A DNA stretch of 63,520 nt, counting the filler, from Lenisia limosa (Eukaryota; Protista; Breviatea): NCBI GenBank assembly GCA_001655205.1. It is 14 parts of 14 records of this genome, joined end to end, with 100 filler letters (N's around TTAATTAATTAA, not from the genome) between each part and the next. Parts side by side here need not be neighbours in the genome. Positions count along the whole stretch, not along the records: positions 7,151 to 20,420 come from LPNZ01008911.1; positions 20,521 to 24,399 come from LPNZ01007885.1; positions 24,500 to 29,615 come from LPNZ01006540.1; 11 more parts are not named here. The stretch is one strand, 5' to 3'. The position numbers and the translations under genes were made by a program. The notes beneath the pieces are model-generated. The model had not been told where the DNA came from. It worked only from the letters and a program-made list of their open reading frames with translations, and made no database searches. Shown piece by piece: positions 12,501 to 25,213 of the stretch; the first letter of the stretch is position 1, and each line of letters starts with the position of its first letter.

Positions 12501-13680
12501 GACGTTCTGTTCAAAGAAGAAATTATACAGGTAAGGTTTTTGATTTTGCTTTGCGAAATTGTTTCGCGTTGCATCTTTTCCAGCCGATGACTATGCCCTT
12601 ACCTCTGTCCTACAAGCGACAATCGAAGGCGCTATTGTTCTCTCTTAATTGACTTGTATTTTGAGCATAAATCCTTTCACTTAAACCGAGATTAATGGTA
12701 AATTATGACGTGTCACAGTTCCTGCTCTGACCACCTCCCGCTTTCCTTATGTTTTCTATATTCTATCAAAAGTGCAGTTAGAATAATTATTTAAGGCAGT
12801 TTGTCTAGTCAGTCTGCTATCCCCTCTCCGGACCTTTCCAATCTCGGTTTAAATGATCAATAATCTCTATTTTTTATAGTCAAGTTATTTTTTTAAGTTT
12901 TTATGAAAGAAAGATTATTTTTTAACAAGAGAAATTGTAATAATCTAGGGAAACAAATAAATACATAGGGATACCATCAACAAATTACCATTAACTATGG
13001 CTATATCACATGTTGTCAGAAGAAATCTACTGATTAGAAAATGTAACCATTTTGAATTTGAATTGAGAAACAGAATAATATAGTTTCCCTAATAGGAATA
13101 GACTCACCTGTCAGGCAAGGGGAATTACGATTTTTATCGACGGTTTTCGAAAAACAAATAATCAATTGAAATTGTCTTAGTAAGCTCAAGACTTTTGGTG
13201 GTAGTGGTGTCATTTGCTGTTTTGCTTTCTGAGAAGATGTCACTTCGATTTCTGATTTGCTCTTTTTTAAAAAATTTTTAAAGGTGGCGAACGCGATTTG
13301 CACGGGGGAGTCCCATAAAAACCTCAGACAAAACAAGGTTTAAGAAATGCCGGAACGAAAAACACTGTGTAGCTACCACCTTGTTATACTGCTCTCTTTC
13401 GATTACAATTTGGTTTATTTAACCCCACTGTTTGGAGATAATGCTACTAAGCCTCTCTACTCCTCGGAAAAAACTGTTCAAGTGAATAACAGTGTGACTC
13501 AGGGGAGGTAGGCGCCCAAATATTGATGCATTAAAAAGTTCAAATACCTGGTCCCGCCATCATCTATTTACTGTGGTGCACTTACAATTAAAATCCCTTG
13601 CCGGATGAGAAAAAAAAAAAATTAAATATATAAAAGATGTTTTATATATCATAAAACAAACATATACAAATATACAAAAC

Positions 13681-14366
13681 TCAAAGCATAATACATCCCT
13701 TCTTCTTCTTTTGCTTGGCAGGAGGGCAAAGTACAGCTCTAATGGCTTCATCAAAGACCGTTTTCAAGCCCTTTTGTGTCAAAGCAGAGCATTCAAGATA
13801 CTTCACGCCTCCAATATCCTTTAACATTGTCAAGCCTTGTTGATACGTAATTGGCTGCAAATTTTTCTCTTGAAGTTTTGTTATTGCATCTTTGTCATCC
13901 CTCAAATCAAGCTTGGTTCCAACAAGAATAATAGGAGTGTTAGGACAATGATGAGAAACTTCAGTAAACCACTAAAGGAGTAAACCTTGAAAAAAAAAAA
14001 AATACCTTGTTTTTGACATTTTCATAGGAAGAAGGGGAGATTAAAGAAAAACAGATCAAGAAAACATCAGTTTGAGGGTAACTGAGAGGTCTGAGTCGGT
14101 CATAGTCTTCCTGTCCTTTGGGAGTGAAAACAAACAACACTATCTTACCTGCAGTATCCCACAAGCCAAGATTGATGGGCTTGTCATCAACCATGACATT
14201 GGCGGAATAATTATCGAAGACAGTTGGAATGTATTCACCAGGGAATGCATTTGTTGTGTATGAGATTAGCAAGCATGTTTTTCCAACGGCACCGTCACTA
14301 GAGTTGTCAATTCCCTATTCCAGACAAAGTTACCAACCCAACGACGACGCATTTAATTGCTTGCAT
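13681..14366 (-). CDS. rac1: Rac-family Rho GTPase, complete, 4 exons
   Basis: Exons 14366-14338, 14297-14149, 14115-14006 and 13971-13681 give [17 protein letters not shown]...YIPTVFDNY...[17 protein letters not shown]...GTKLD...ECSAL...KKKKGCIML* (CaaX). Introns are 40, 33 and 34 nt, all GT-AG. Confidence 0.97.
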
Positions 14367-17300
14367 CTAGAAGAACAAATTTCAAAGGATTTGCGAAATT
14401 CCTCTCCAAGAACAAAACCCTAATTCCAACTAGGAACTGAAGAACAAATTTTTAATTAAAAAAATTCCCACAAGTAATTAACTGGGTTAAACAGTATTTA
14501 AACAGATGGGCCCGGAGATACTTGCGTCAACGCCATTCTTCGGCGCGCACTATCGGTCCGCTAAACCAGGTTGTTTATATAGTACCCCATGCGAACAGGT
14601 GTATTCCCCAGGATTTATATTTTATTTTTTTCCGGCTCTCCGGTTCTCTGTTGTCACCGCTCTAAAACTCAAGCCTCAGTAAATAAAAGGTTACAGGGTA
14701 TAGACCCGGCATTCCGGAACACATCTACCCCAACAAGTGAAGTTATCGGGGAAAACATGGAATATGGAGCCCCAGCCTCCTGAATTCTTACGTCATCAGA
14801 TCCTTGAGATCCCAAACAGATCCTTCAGGATCTGATTCTAGGCTGTTAAATCCGCGCACCCCCAAAATCCGCGCACCTCAGCACCCCATTTCCTCCTTCT
14901 TAATTACCTTCTTAACACCTTAAATATTGGGATTTGGATGGTGATTTGATATTGATTGATGATGAGAGTTGGATGGTGATTTGATATTGGGATGAGAGTG
15001 AGGTGTATTAATTAAATAGAAATAGTAAAGCTAGCTAGATTGGAGTATGATACTCCTCCTCCTAGGATGTGTTGTACACCAGATACTACTACACTACCCC
15101 GTGGAAAGTATATTGGATTCCGCCTTGATTACCCCTCCTCCTCGACATCACTTTTTTTGTGTGTTCATTTTCTTCCTCTACCTTCCTCCTACAGCCTTTT
15201 TTTCCTCTATAGCGTCACCAGATTAGCAACTAAAATCCCAACATTATATTAATCTTATAACAAATGACCTAATCTCAACAAACTAGAGGTTGGGGGGTAT
15301 TCAATAAAGGCGTAGGATGTTCCGTGTGTCATGTGAAGAGAAGATGACCTATTAGTAAGGTGACCTGTGGTGAATTATCAACAGTATCACAACTTATATT
15401 CTTATAATTGTCTGACGAGGGAGATGGTGACCGCCTCTGAAAACGCTCTTCAGGAGGGGGGGTCAGATAATGAGCATTCTTGAAGCCACCCTAATATATC
15501 ACATCAGCGCATTGCATTCCTAAGTCTGCTTATGCAAAAATGGGAAGTCAGCTTTTGCAGGTGATTATTACTTCAATGCAAAGAACCTTCATAAAGTGTG
15601 CAAACAAAGCATACAGCTATATCATTGGAAGGGTCGACGGATATGTCAATACAGTGTTTGTGTATTAGGTATTTTTTCAAATTTTGGACACAACTATTCA
15701 ATTTGATAAAGGGCTTGTCAAAAGATAGTCTGATGACTTTACGAGCGTCCAAATATAAATCTGGACCAATATCCCCCATTCTATACACCTCCCTAGATAC
15801 ATTCGTGGAGGATCAATAATTGAACTAATTTAATATTCTTTGCTATTTCGCAGACTCTCTTTGATTGTTGTAAAGTGATAACATTTGCTGGTCATTTATA
15901 TTGTAAGAAGTTTTTTTTGTGGGTCGTAAACAGGTTAAACAATTAAGACCCCCAACTAACTCCAAAGTGCCGCCATGATGCCACCACTCCTGCACGTATC
16001 ATGCAGCATATCTCTTCTTTCTCGTTCAATTCGCCTTATGCACGATTGGTGAACTTATTCTCGAAGCTGTACGTGGTTGTGCAGTGTACACATGATGGGG
16101 GAGAGTAGTGGATGATTAAGAGTATATTTATTTTTATTTGAGTATTGTGATCCTGTAAACAATGCTTTCAACCTTCTCTATCTTGTTGTGTTATTATTAA
16201 TAAATAGAGGCTATATGAAACAAGAAAGACAGAATTAAGGTTATTCAATGAAATTAACCAAGAACTAGCATAATTACATAGTTTGGAAGATTACAGCAAG
16301 CTATATGATATATTCTTGCCGTGCAGGCTTACGACAGGAACGTCCGTTGTGGTAGAGGAGGACTATGTCATGAGGATGAATCAAAAATTCAAAGGTGTCA
16401 TTTCGGACAAAAAATTTTAATTTTGATATTTTCAGAATAAAATGGGTTATTTAAACAGTCATAGAAATAAACACACTAAATATTTTAACATACATAGACG
16501 GAGATAATAAAAAACTTTTGATGTGTTATCTCTTCAGCCCATGTGTTCTCAAGCGATGAAGAAACAGAAGAAAAGGGGGCTGAAGAAGCTATCATTGCAA
16601 TTGAATCCGATTCCGATAAAGATGGTAGTTTACCATTTTCTGCATCACAGTTGTAGACCTTGATGACTCCGACTCTAGTGAATCTGATTTCAGTGAAGGC
16701 AAAACCATTGCACTCCCAACTGCCTCAGTTATCAGTATGTAAATATGAGCAAGTCTGTTTATCTCATGTAGATCACAAGAGAAACACTCGTGCTGCTCTT
16801 CTTCGCCAAGATTGAGACGTGTTTATCACCATGNNNNNNNNNNCTTGATATTTGTGATGAATGAAGGAAAATATAATTATAATTATGATTATAATCTTGA
16901 GGTTTTTGGTTGTTTCAAGTGAAATTTGATTGGGTTTGCTATTTAATGCTGAAAATTTGACATTTGAGTGCTACAAAGAATTAACAAAATGAGAAATATA
17001 AGAAAAAAAAACCATAAAAAGAAGAAAAAAAGAAAAAAAAATTGAAAAAACCGGATCTTGCAAAAAAAACCGGAATTTTGAACTGCCGCCTATACATATA
17101 TTGGATGACCACCCTAAGAATTGTATTCTTTAGAAAAGTATCATAGAACACAATATTTAATTCATTATATGCATACTTCTGTCCACCCTCATGGTTCTGA
17201 CTATTAAATGTAGATATCATATGAAAATATGAATAATACTATATTTCTATGTATTTGTCTTGAATCCCAGTATTGACATACGCAATCCTGCGGATAAGGA

Positions 17301-17419
17301 ATTGTTTTTCAGAAATCCTGCGGATACAGTGAGTTTCTAAAAAATGTCTCGAGGATCGCTCTCGGGAGAACTGAGGAGATCAAATAAGGATATAATAAGG
17401 CGTATAAGGACATGTATTA

Positions 17420-17465
17420 GTTAGGGTCCGCGCGGGGCGCACGACGCGGCGAACGTGACTTCGCT
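17420..17465 (+). promoter_or_regulatory. GC-rich putative promoter region
   Basis: CGCGCGGGGCGCACGACGCGGCG island in AT-rich DNA, upstream of + strand exon-like blocks. A similar island lies upstream of rac1 (about 14505-14560). Confidence 0.25.
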
Positions 17466-18120
17466 AAGAAGAAGAAGAGGAAGCTCCCTGCTCTTTCTCT
17501 TTCTTTCTCAGTGCTCTTTGGCTCTCCTCTCAGCTGCACTTGTAAGAATTATTGTTTGCAATGTTATGGTCAAGATATTGTTCCGACTGTTTGGACTATT
17601 TTGAAGGACAATGCTGTTACTGTAAATCGGTACTAAAAAATAAAACTGGTCCAAGGTCCTATATATGGGGGGGGGGTCAGTCCCCCGTGAGTACCTCAAG
17701 CATAAGGGTTTTTTTTTTATTTTCGAACTCTTTTTTTTCGAACATTCTAGAAGCTTTTGGACACTTTCATTAGGTCCCTATGCTTCCTCAATTTTTGGAA
17801 AATAAAAGTTTCAAAATTGGATTTTAAAACTGTTATTTTATGGGAAAATGGCCTTAAAAAAATCCAAAAAATAAGGACACTTGTGGGGGGAACCCATCAA
17901 AAAGTCCAACAGCTTTTTGGACATTCGAAAAAAATCGAATTTCCTTGCTTGAGGTACCCATTTGCTGCTTGGTCGCACCTGATTCGTCACCTCTATTAGG
18001 TTCCTTGAGCGGCTTTAACAACAATACAACGTTCATATGTCATCATTGCTCCACTATAGTTGGTTTATTAATAATTCCTAGTTTTTAGTTTGGGAGTGAC
18101 AGCCTTTTTTTAACATGCAG

Positions 18121-18430
18121 GTTGTCTACGTCTTCGGCCAACAGAATGCTGAGATGAAAGCTGATGCGTCCAAAAGGCTGAATGATCCTGATGATTCAGC
18201 AGACATCGTGATTGGGTCTTCTTCCATTCTGATGGTGAGGTGTTAAATTACTTTTGGGATGAAAAGAAATCCATGGTCTTTAGATTCTCGTAGCTTTTGT
18301 ATTATGGTTAAAATATACCAACAACCTGTCTTTCTTTTATATAATGCTAATTCAGGGGCTCGAAAGTGATAATGTGGACTTTGTTTTGGCTATGCTGACC
18401 AAAGATGATTCCGTCCACAAGGCAACACAG
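18121..18430 (+). CDS. SF2 helicase C-terminal domain exons (fragment)
   Basis: Exons 18121-18234 and 18356-18430 join in phase 0: VVYVFGQQNAEMKADASKRLNDPDDSADIVIGSSSILM|GLESDNVDFVLAMLTKDDSVHKATQ, resembling helicase motif V and the start of motif VI. Confidence 0.45.
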
Positions 18431-19742
18431 GTGAAGGAAGCAGATCGCTAGTGGAGAGAGTTAAAAGCACTCCGTATTTGGCACGCTGAAAGCCGGAGTC
18501 CACTTAAATTGTGAAAACACTGTTGTTTTGAAATTTCGCCCGCTTTTCCGTGGAACATTGCAAGAAATATGCTCTTTTCTGAGTCAACTCCAAGAGAATT
18601 GGAAAACATTTATATTTTGTCGTTTTTTTAGGTAACTTTATTTAAATATACGACTGATTTATTTTGATAGACCGCATTATTTTTAATCAACTTAATACCA
18701 CAACTATTTGCCCAAAGAATTTTTTAAACAACTGTTGTGCCTCTTGCCACTCCTTGTCCCTCACTGCATTGGAAATAAAAGCTATTTATCGCTGTCGTGT
18801 AGTTTTTTTGTTAAAGACCCAAGTGTCAGATATTGTGCCAGAGAAAATTCGAATACTTTTGACATTACAGAAATAATGGAATCCCCCTCGTACTTGTGGC
18901 CANNNNNNNNNNNNNNNNNNNNNNNNNNNNNNNNNNNNNNNNNNNNNNNNNNNNNNNNNNNNNNNNNNNNNNNNNNNNNNNNNNNNNNNNNNNNNNNNNN
19001 NNNNNNNTCATAATTTCTCCTCTTCGATATGCTCCCAAAAACGCCTCTGTAACCAACTCTTTTTCAGCAGCAGTTTTATTTCTTGTAATTAGCAAAATGT
19101 CGCTCAACAGAAGAAGCATTTATACGCCCGTGCCGAAAATTGTTTCATGCCTCAGACCCCTGAACAGTTTCATATTCTGGGAATTCGGCATCTGGGACTT
19201 GCAGTGCCTTGATGGGGCTAGTGAAACTGCTAAAGGGCTTGACTGACTCAACGTTTGGAATTTCAGACAAAGCGGTTTTTGGAATTTGTTTGAAGAAAGT
19301 TCAAGAAGTCTCATAAAACTCATTAAATGAGATGCGGCCTCATTGCATTGGTTAATTCTGATTGACATTTTTATTATTTTATTTTTTTTGAATTTCGTGT
19401 GGGTTTTCTATTTCCTCAATACTGTCATTTTGCTTAATTCCTCAACAAATTTGGTGTGAAAATCAAAAATATCGACTGATCTCGGCTTATTTGGTTCTTC
19501 AAGCCCGTCAACGTTTTTTAGCGCACTTCTTTTAATAATGTCAGGACTCTAAGAAAGAAACATTTTGTCACTCAAAAGGCAATGAGTCGTCACAAGAGGC
19601 AAAGTCTCAAGCATCTCACACTCTCTCCCGATTCTAGTCTCTTGTGGAGCTCCAAAGCTGGCTTACACTTATCTTTTTTATAGAGGTCAATATGTTTTTC
19701 TTGTGGACCAATTTTCCTTTCACTTGCTTTCAAAGTTCGTTT

Positions 19743-20420
19743 TTATTTATTAATAGAACTCAACCCAGGGAAAGCAAAAAAGTTTGATCTGTCGAAAACT
19801 TCAATTATCGTATTTGTATCCAAATCTAACTCCTCATCCATAGTATTGTCCTCAAATTTTGATGCAAGGTCTAATAAAGCTCCTTTTGGATCTGAGTTTC
19901 CAGTCAGAATCTCCTCGTCGTCCTCTTCTGAAAATATGTCTTCCTCATCCGCAAATATAAAACCATCTCTTTCGGTATCCTCATTTTCATCGACAAAAGC
20001 ACATTCATTTTCATCATTTTCATCATTTATGTTATAAGCTTCTTCATTCTCCCCGTCAGAGTCTTTTTCCTGATCACGATCCGATTTACATCTTGCCTTT
20101 TTTATCTTTCTTGTACTCTTTTTTGCCTCACGTCCCTTCATCATTAAACAGGCCTTATTACCAACAAGTGACACCATTGCAAGCATAAACAATTTCATTT
20201 CAAAGCTGTGGCTGTAATTCATTCGGAGAAATTTTAAAGACGAATTTTTAATGTGTTCAAACACAAGAACATGTTTAATACTGATGCCATCAATTAAAGC
20301 TTCAAGGAGCACATTCGCATCAAAAATAAATTCAGTTTTTCAATTTCGTAAGGCGATTCCCAGCAAAAAAGAGCCTTGGAGCAATTTTTTTATGAACATT
20401 CTCAGATAAAACAGTTTCAA
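19743..20420 (-). CDS. Unknown coding fragment with basic then acidic low-complexity tract, possibly decayed
   Basis: At least 189 open codons running to the contig end. No recognisable family. Confidence 0.35.
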
Positions 20421-21236
20421 NNNNNNNNNNNNNNNNNNNNNNNNNNNNNNNNNNNNNNNNNNNNTTAATTAATTAANNNNNNNNNNNNNNNNNNNNNNNN
20501 NNNNNNNNNNNNNNNNNNNNTCAGGTTAGTGTTCACGGTCAGGTGACGTACCTTACTACATAATGTGTATTTATATGTTGGTCTATGGTCCCGAAACAGA
20601 CTAAATTACAAGCTATGAGACTGAATCAACATCGTGTAATAACTTTTCAGAAATAAACCTTAATCATATTATACTTTTTTTTTGTTTGTTTAAAGAGGTT
20701 CTTGTATTCGTCTTTCCTTCTCTCATGGTTACATTTCAGCATGAAGATTTTGAGTACAATTCCGAGGACTATTCTTTGGTAAGACGGGGGGGGGGGAGTG
20801 AACATGTGTGTGTAAACATTGTGATAACTGACACCAAATGTGNNNNNNNNNNNNNNNNNNNNNNNNNNNNNNNNNNNNNNNNNNNNNNNNNNNNNNNNNN
20901 NNNNNNNNNNNNNNNNNNNNNNNNNNCAGACACAAACTTATTTTTCATTTCCCATTGCTATAATATTATATTTATTCATCTATTTAATAGCTACTGTAGA
21001 CTGTTACAACAGACAATGTAGACGAGCTAACATATTAGAATGACATTTGTGACAATGATGAGTCTTCGTGGTTCCATAAGTACCCACTCCCAAAGAAGAA
21101 ACCCTCGGTCTGCCATTTTAGGGAACAGTTCTGGTCCAGCGTTTTGTTGCACTGTATTTCACATTCCCTAGACTTCGCAATCGATGAACGACATGCACAG
21201 ACCAGACAGATTAGAGGTTAGTTGGTCATTCATACA

Positions 21237-21328
21237 TAGGGCTTTCCTTCTGTTCGAAAAAAGACTCGATAAATCCTCGAAAACTATCGATAGTTTACCA
21301 GTCTTTTTCGAACCGAAGTGAAGCCCTA
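21237..21328. mobile_element. MITE family A copy
   Basis: TA|GGGCTTTCCTTCTGTTCGAAAAAAGAC...GTCTTTTTCGAACCGAAGTGAAGCCC|TA. Confidence 0.85.
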
Positions 21329-21338
21329 GTCATACATA

Positions 21339-21398
21339 CAGTGACCGAGATAAGTCTTGACCGTATAGCAAATCGCTCAGGACTTATCCCGGTCACTG
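21339..21398. mobile_element. MITE family B copy (Tc1/mariner-like ends)
   Basis: TA|CAGTGACCGAGATAAGTCTTGA...GGACTTATCCCGGTCACTG|TA: TIRs with TA on both sides. Confidence 0.85.
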
Positions 21399-21781
21399 TA
21401 TATGCTACATTTAACTAAAACACATTTAGTGGGTCGGGTGTGAGGGGGATGTTAAACAATTCTCTATCTTGCCATTTTGGGAATTATTTTTATTGCTGTG
21501 AAAATACAACTATTCAGTGTAAACGGCTTCGGTCTGATATTTCTTCTTCATTTCTGCTCTTATTTTTTAGAACACTCCCTCTGACAATTATCTCTCTAAT
21601 GCGAAGAAATCACAAGACTCAAAGTCGCACAGTCTCCTCTCCAAATCCCCGTTGAAGCCTTTGGGAGAGAGGGTTGGCGAGGCTTCTTCAGAGGAAATCC
21701 ATTTTTTCGGGTATCCTGACACTCTTGACTGCAATTCAAGCAGTTTTTGTTTTGGTCTGTCTTTTGTTCACTTCTCTTTAG

Positions 21782-24137
21782 ATGGAGGGTCGTAAAGTGG
21801 ACGATGAACTGTCAGGACACCCTTCTTCTTCTCATGAATCAAATGTAAGCTTTGCTTTTGTCTTTTTTTTTCTTTACCCTATTTCTCACATAATAGTCCA
21901 CACTATTTGGCTCTTGTAAATTCCAATCCTTTTTTTCTTTCATCACCATTGCAGGAGATAGACCTTGATGAGCTTCCGGACCTCCCGAGCAACAAGGCAA
22001 GGTCAAAATCAGGCCATTTGGTTTCGAGCTCCATTGCTGTACCGAAAATTTCCCTTGCTCCGAGCCCGTTGGGGAAAATCGAGGGCTCGGTTAGCAATGC
22101 TCAACCCGGCACGGTGAGCTGCGGACCGATCTGTAGATCAGTTGAGAAGAAAGGTGCTGCGAATAACGTAACGAATTGCTTCATATTTTAGGCAATTCTG
22201 CAAGATGATATGGGGTAATATTGGTAACATTATTGGGTTGAACTCAAGTGTCTCTTTTCTCCCTTATCTTATGATAAACAGCTTATTATTTTCCCATTTA
22301 TTTGATGAAACGCTTAATATTCTCCAGGAAGAAGAAGGCCACCGACGACGCCGTACAAGGGCAGCTTCAGCGGTTGGGAGGGGGGGGGTAAATGCGTAAG
22401 ATGTAAAAGGAAGATGAGAGGAATGGGAAGGTTGAGAGGGGCTTGATATGTTAACCCATATCCACAAGTGATATGATCATATGACAGACGTTCAAGTGAT
22501 GAACGAAGATAACACGAGGGTTCATCCCGAGTGTATCAGAGTATCACTGTGACTTGTCGGTCAATTATCACACGAGTGGATATGAGGTATCATATCCTTG
22601 TGAACATAATGATTTGCTTCTTCACTATTCTTGAACTCACACCCTAGAGCCTCCCTGAAAACAACAACGAAATTCAGAAGCTTGTCTTTGTAGGTGGTGT
22701 GCAAATTATTCTGTATAATTAGAGCTTCACTTTGGTCCGGGAAAGACCAGTAAAATATAGATAGTGTTCGAAGATTTATTGATAAATTTGGACTTTATTC
22801 TGTCCGAAGAAAAACCTTATACTATGTTTAATATGAAAAAACCGAGTCAAATTGATGCCCGCGCTAGCTTAACAATACTTACTAGTTTGCTTACTTCCCA
22901 CAGCCTTTTTCAAGGCGCTCTTCGGTCACAATACAGCGACCCGTTTCGGTGGTGGGTGGGTTTTCGCTACGTCACAGTAATACAAGTCCCTTCTTCGTTA
23001 TGCTGATGTTTTTCTTGGGACTCGGATTATTCACTGCACACCATTATTCAATCAAACCACCAACCCCTTGTAGAATGAATTAACGACCTCGCCTCCCTCG
23101 GAATTGCCCTTCCCTGACACTTGGACATACTCTCCCTCGGCCTCGCTGGCCCCGCTAAACCTCGCTTCGAAGGAGCTTTTCAAGGTGAAGAAAGTACTCT
23201 TTTTATATATCTGACCCGCTGACCCGATGCCCAATGGGTGTATATATTGTGTAGTATATATTCGCCACTTCTAGTTGTGCGATATTATAAACTGCTCTTG
23301 AATTTCAGCCAACTACAGCTGTTATTCTCTACTGACAAGCTCTAACCCATATAGTATGAAAGCGACTCGGCCCACACGATGCCGCCCTCACATTCGCCGG
23401 TACCGTCCGAAGACAAACCACTCACCAACGCCCCTCTCGAGGGTCTCTTCAGCCTCAGTGTCACGCCAGCCCCCGAGCCTGACGACGACAGAGACATCTT
23501 CAGCACCCCCATCTCGCCACTTTATGCCCCTCTTTCTGTGGAGTCCGCGTCTTCTTCTCCCATACCAAGTGGGGGGGTACCACAAACCATAGCTACGCGG
23601 TAGAAAAGAATAATATATTGTGTTCAAAGCATCAGTTGAAATCAAGGCTCCGTGCAATTAATTTTATGAAGAAATTAATTGACAAAATAAGAAATTAAAG
23701 TGTCAGAAATTGAGTATTTTACAATTTTATTGTTATTTTATTTTTTTATATATCATATCACATATCATATATTTATTTTTTTGCGCTCTGAAAACAGTAA
23801 ACCTCACGCAACAACCTCCTTTAAAGCGGGTTATTATTTAAAATGTGTCTGTAGCCTGAGTGCAATAAGTCCTGATATGATATGACGCTTTTTCTCCAGT
23901 CAATCGTGTCAGACATCGTGGTAGTATATATGTATATCGAGAACTATAACCTCCTTTAACACGAACAATCCTTCCTTGAAACCCTTCTTTAACGCCCCCC
24001 AGAACAACCCCAACAACCCGGCCCGACTTCGGTTTTGGCCGCCGCAACCTCCATGGAGAAGTTCAAGAAGTGTCCGCAGCCGGAGTTTAGAACAACCCTT
24101 GTTGGTGACTCCAAACTCTCCAAAAACACGCTCAACG
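21782..24137 (+). CDS. Multi-exon gene for a Ser/Pro-rich, probably disordered protein (3' truncated)
   Basis: GT-AG exons: MEGRKVDDELSGHPSSSHESN|EIDLDELPDLP...QPGT|AILQDDMG; NELTTSPPSELPF...ELFK|YESDSAHTMPP...; ...TSMEKFKKCPQPEFRTTLVGD. Confidence 0.55.
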
Positions 24138-24847
24138 GGTGAGAAAGGAAAACTGGATAATGGGATGTGCGGATATAGTGACCGCGCTTTTGTTTGTATT
24201 GCTAATCAGCAGATCTGAGTTCACTTGAGTGTTCAAATAGTTTCGTTAATATTGTTGTTTTCGTTAATATTGCTTTGTTTTACTTCATACATTTCCCCCT
24301 TCACGACCCCTCGTGTTTTTGCCAATGTTTCACCAACAGGGTTGTTATTAGGGTGTTTTTTTATTTCAAAAATTATCTAATTTTACCCCCCCCCCCTCCN
24401 NNNNNNNNNNNNNNNNNNNNNNNNNNNNNNNNNNNNNNNNNNNTTAATTAATTAANNNNNNNNNNNNNNNNNNNNNNNNNNNNNNNNNNNNNNNNNNNNG
24501 ATGGGAAAATTCAGCAAAGATTCGGATACTTTTATGCTATTTGTTTCAGAATTGTAAAGTGAACGAATTAGGTTACGTTTCGCTACAACAGAATGAGATA
24601 GCAAAATATCCTTTTGTTTTCTCTAGGTGTACAACAATCTCTGTGAGTAAGAGAAATAGTAACTTATCTTAACTGTGATATGTCAACACACAATACATTT
24701 CAACCATATACATAAATATACAATCTATCATATATTATATCATATCTTAACGGATTCAATAAGAACCTGTGTTTGAAGATTATATAATACTATGATATGA
24801 TATAGTATAGTATATTATAGTATACTATATCGACATCATTATTTTTC

Positions 24848-25213
24848 AAAAACATACCCAGTTCAGCTTGGGATGGTTCAATGGAGTTGAGCGTGGGAGG
24901 AAACGGAGGGTCAATAGTCGCAGTAGAGACGTCATGTAGGGGAAACGGGCGCTGCGTTATAGACAATGACGCCGATGAAATGGTCGAGGATGAAAAAGGC
25001 GACTTATTGATATGTGAAGCGTCATTGTGTGACGATGGCGAGCTGAAGGGCAGTGACACCCTCGCCGCCGTGATCGGTGGGAAAGCCAGGGACCCAGGGG
25101 TTGGTTTGGGAGACTGAGAAACGTTTGGTCGGACCGGGGAGAACGCTGATGGTCCCGGTGCGGACCGAAGGGGGCTTGGCTCGGTTTTGGTGGGGGTCGT
25201 TTGCTTGGATGGG
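24848..25213 (-). CDS. Pro/Ser-rich exon of an unknown gene
   Basis: Open GC-rich frame PSKQTTPTK...SQAELG ending at donor gtatgt. Confidence 0.5.

Noticed and set aside
17570-17630. Rho GTPase pseudogene (DIVPTV resembling YIPTVFDNY)
   Set aside because: Only about 6 residues match, a frameshift is needed, and no P-loop or DTAG motif is nearby.
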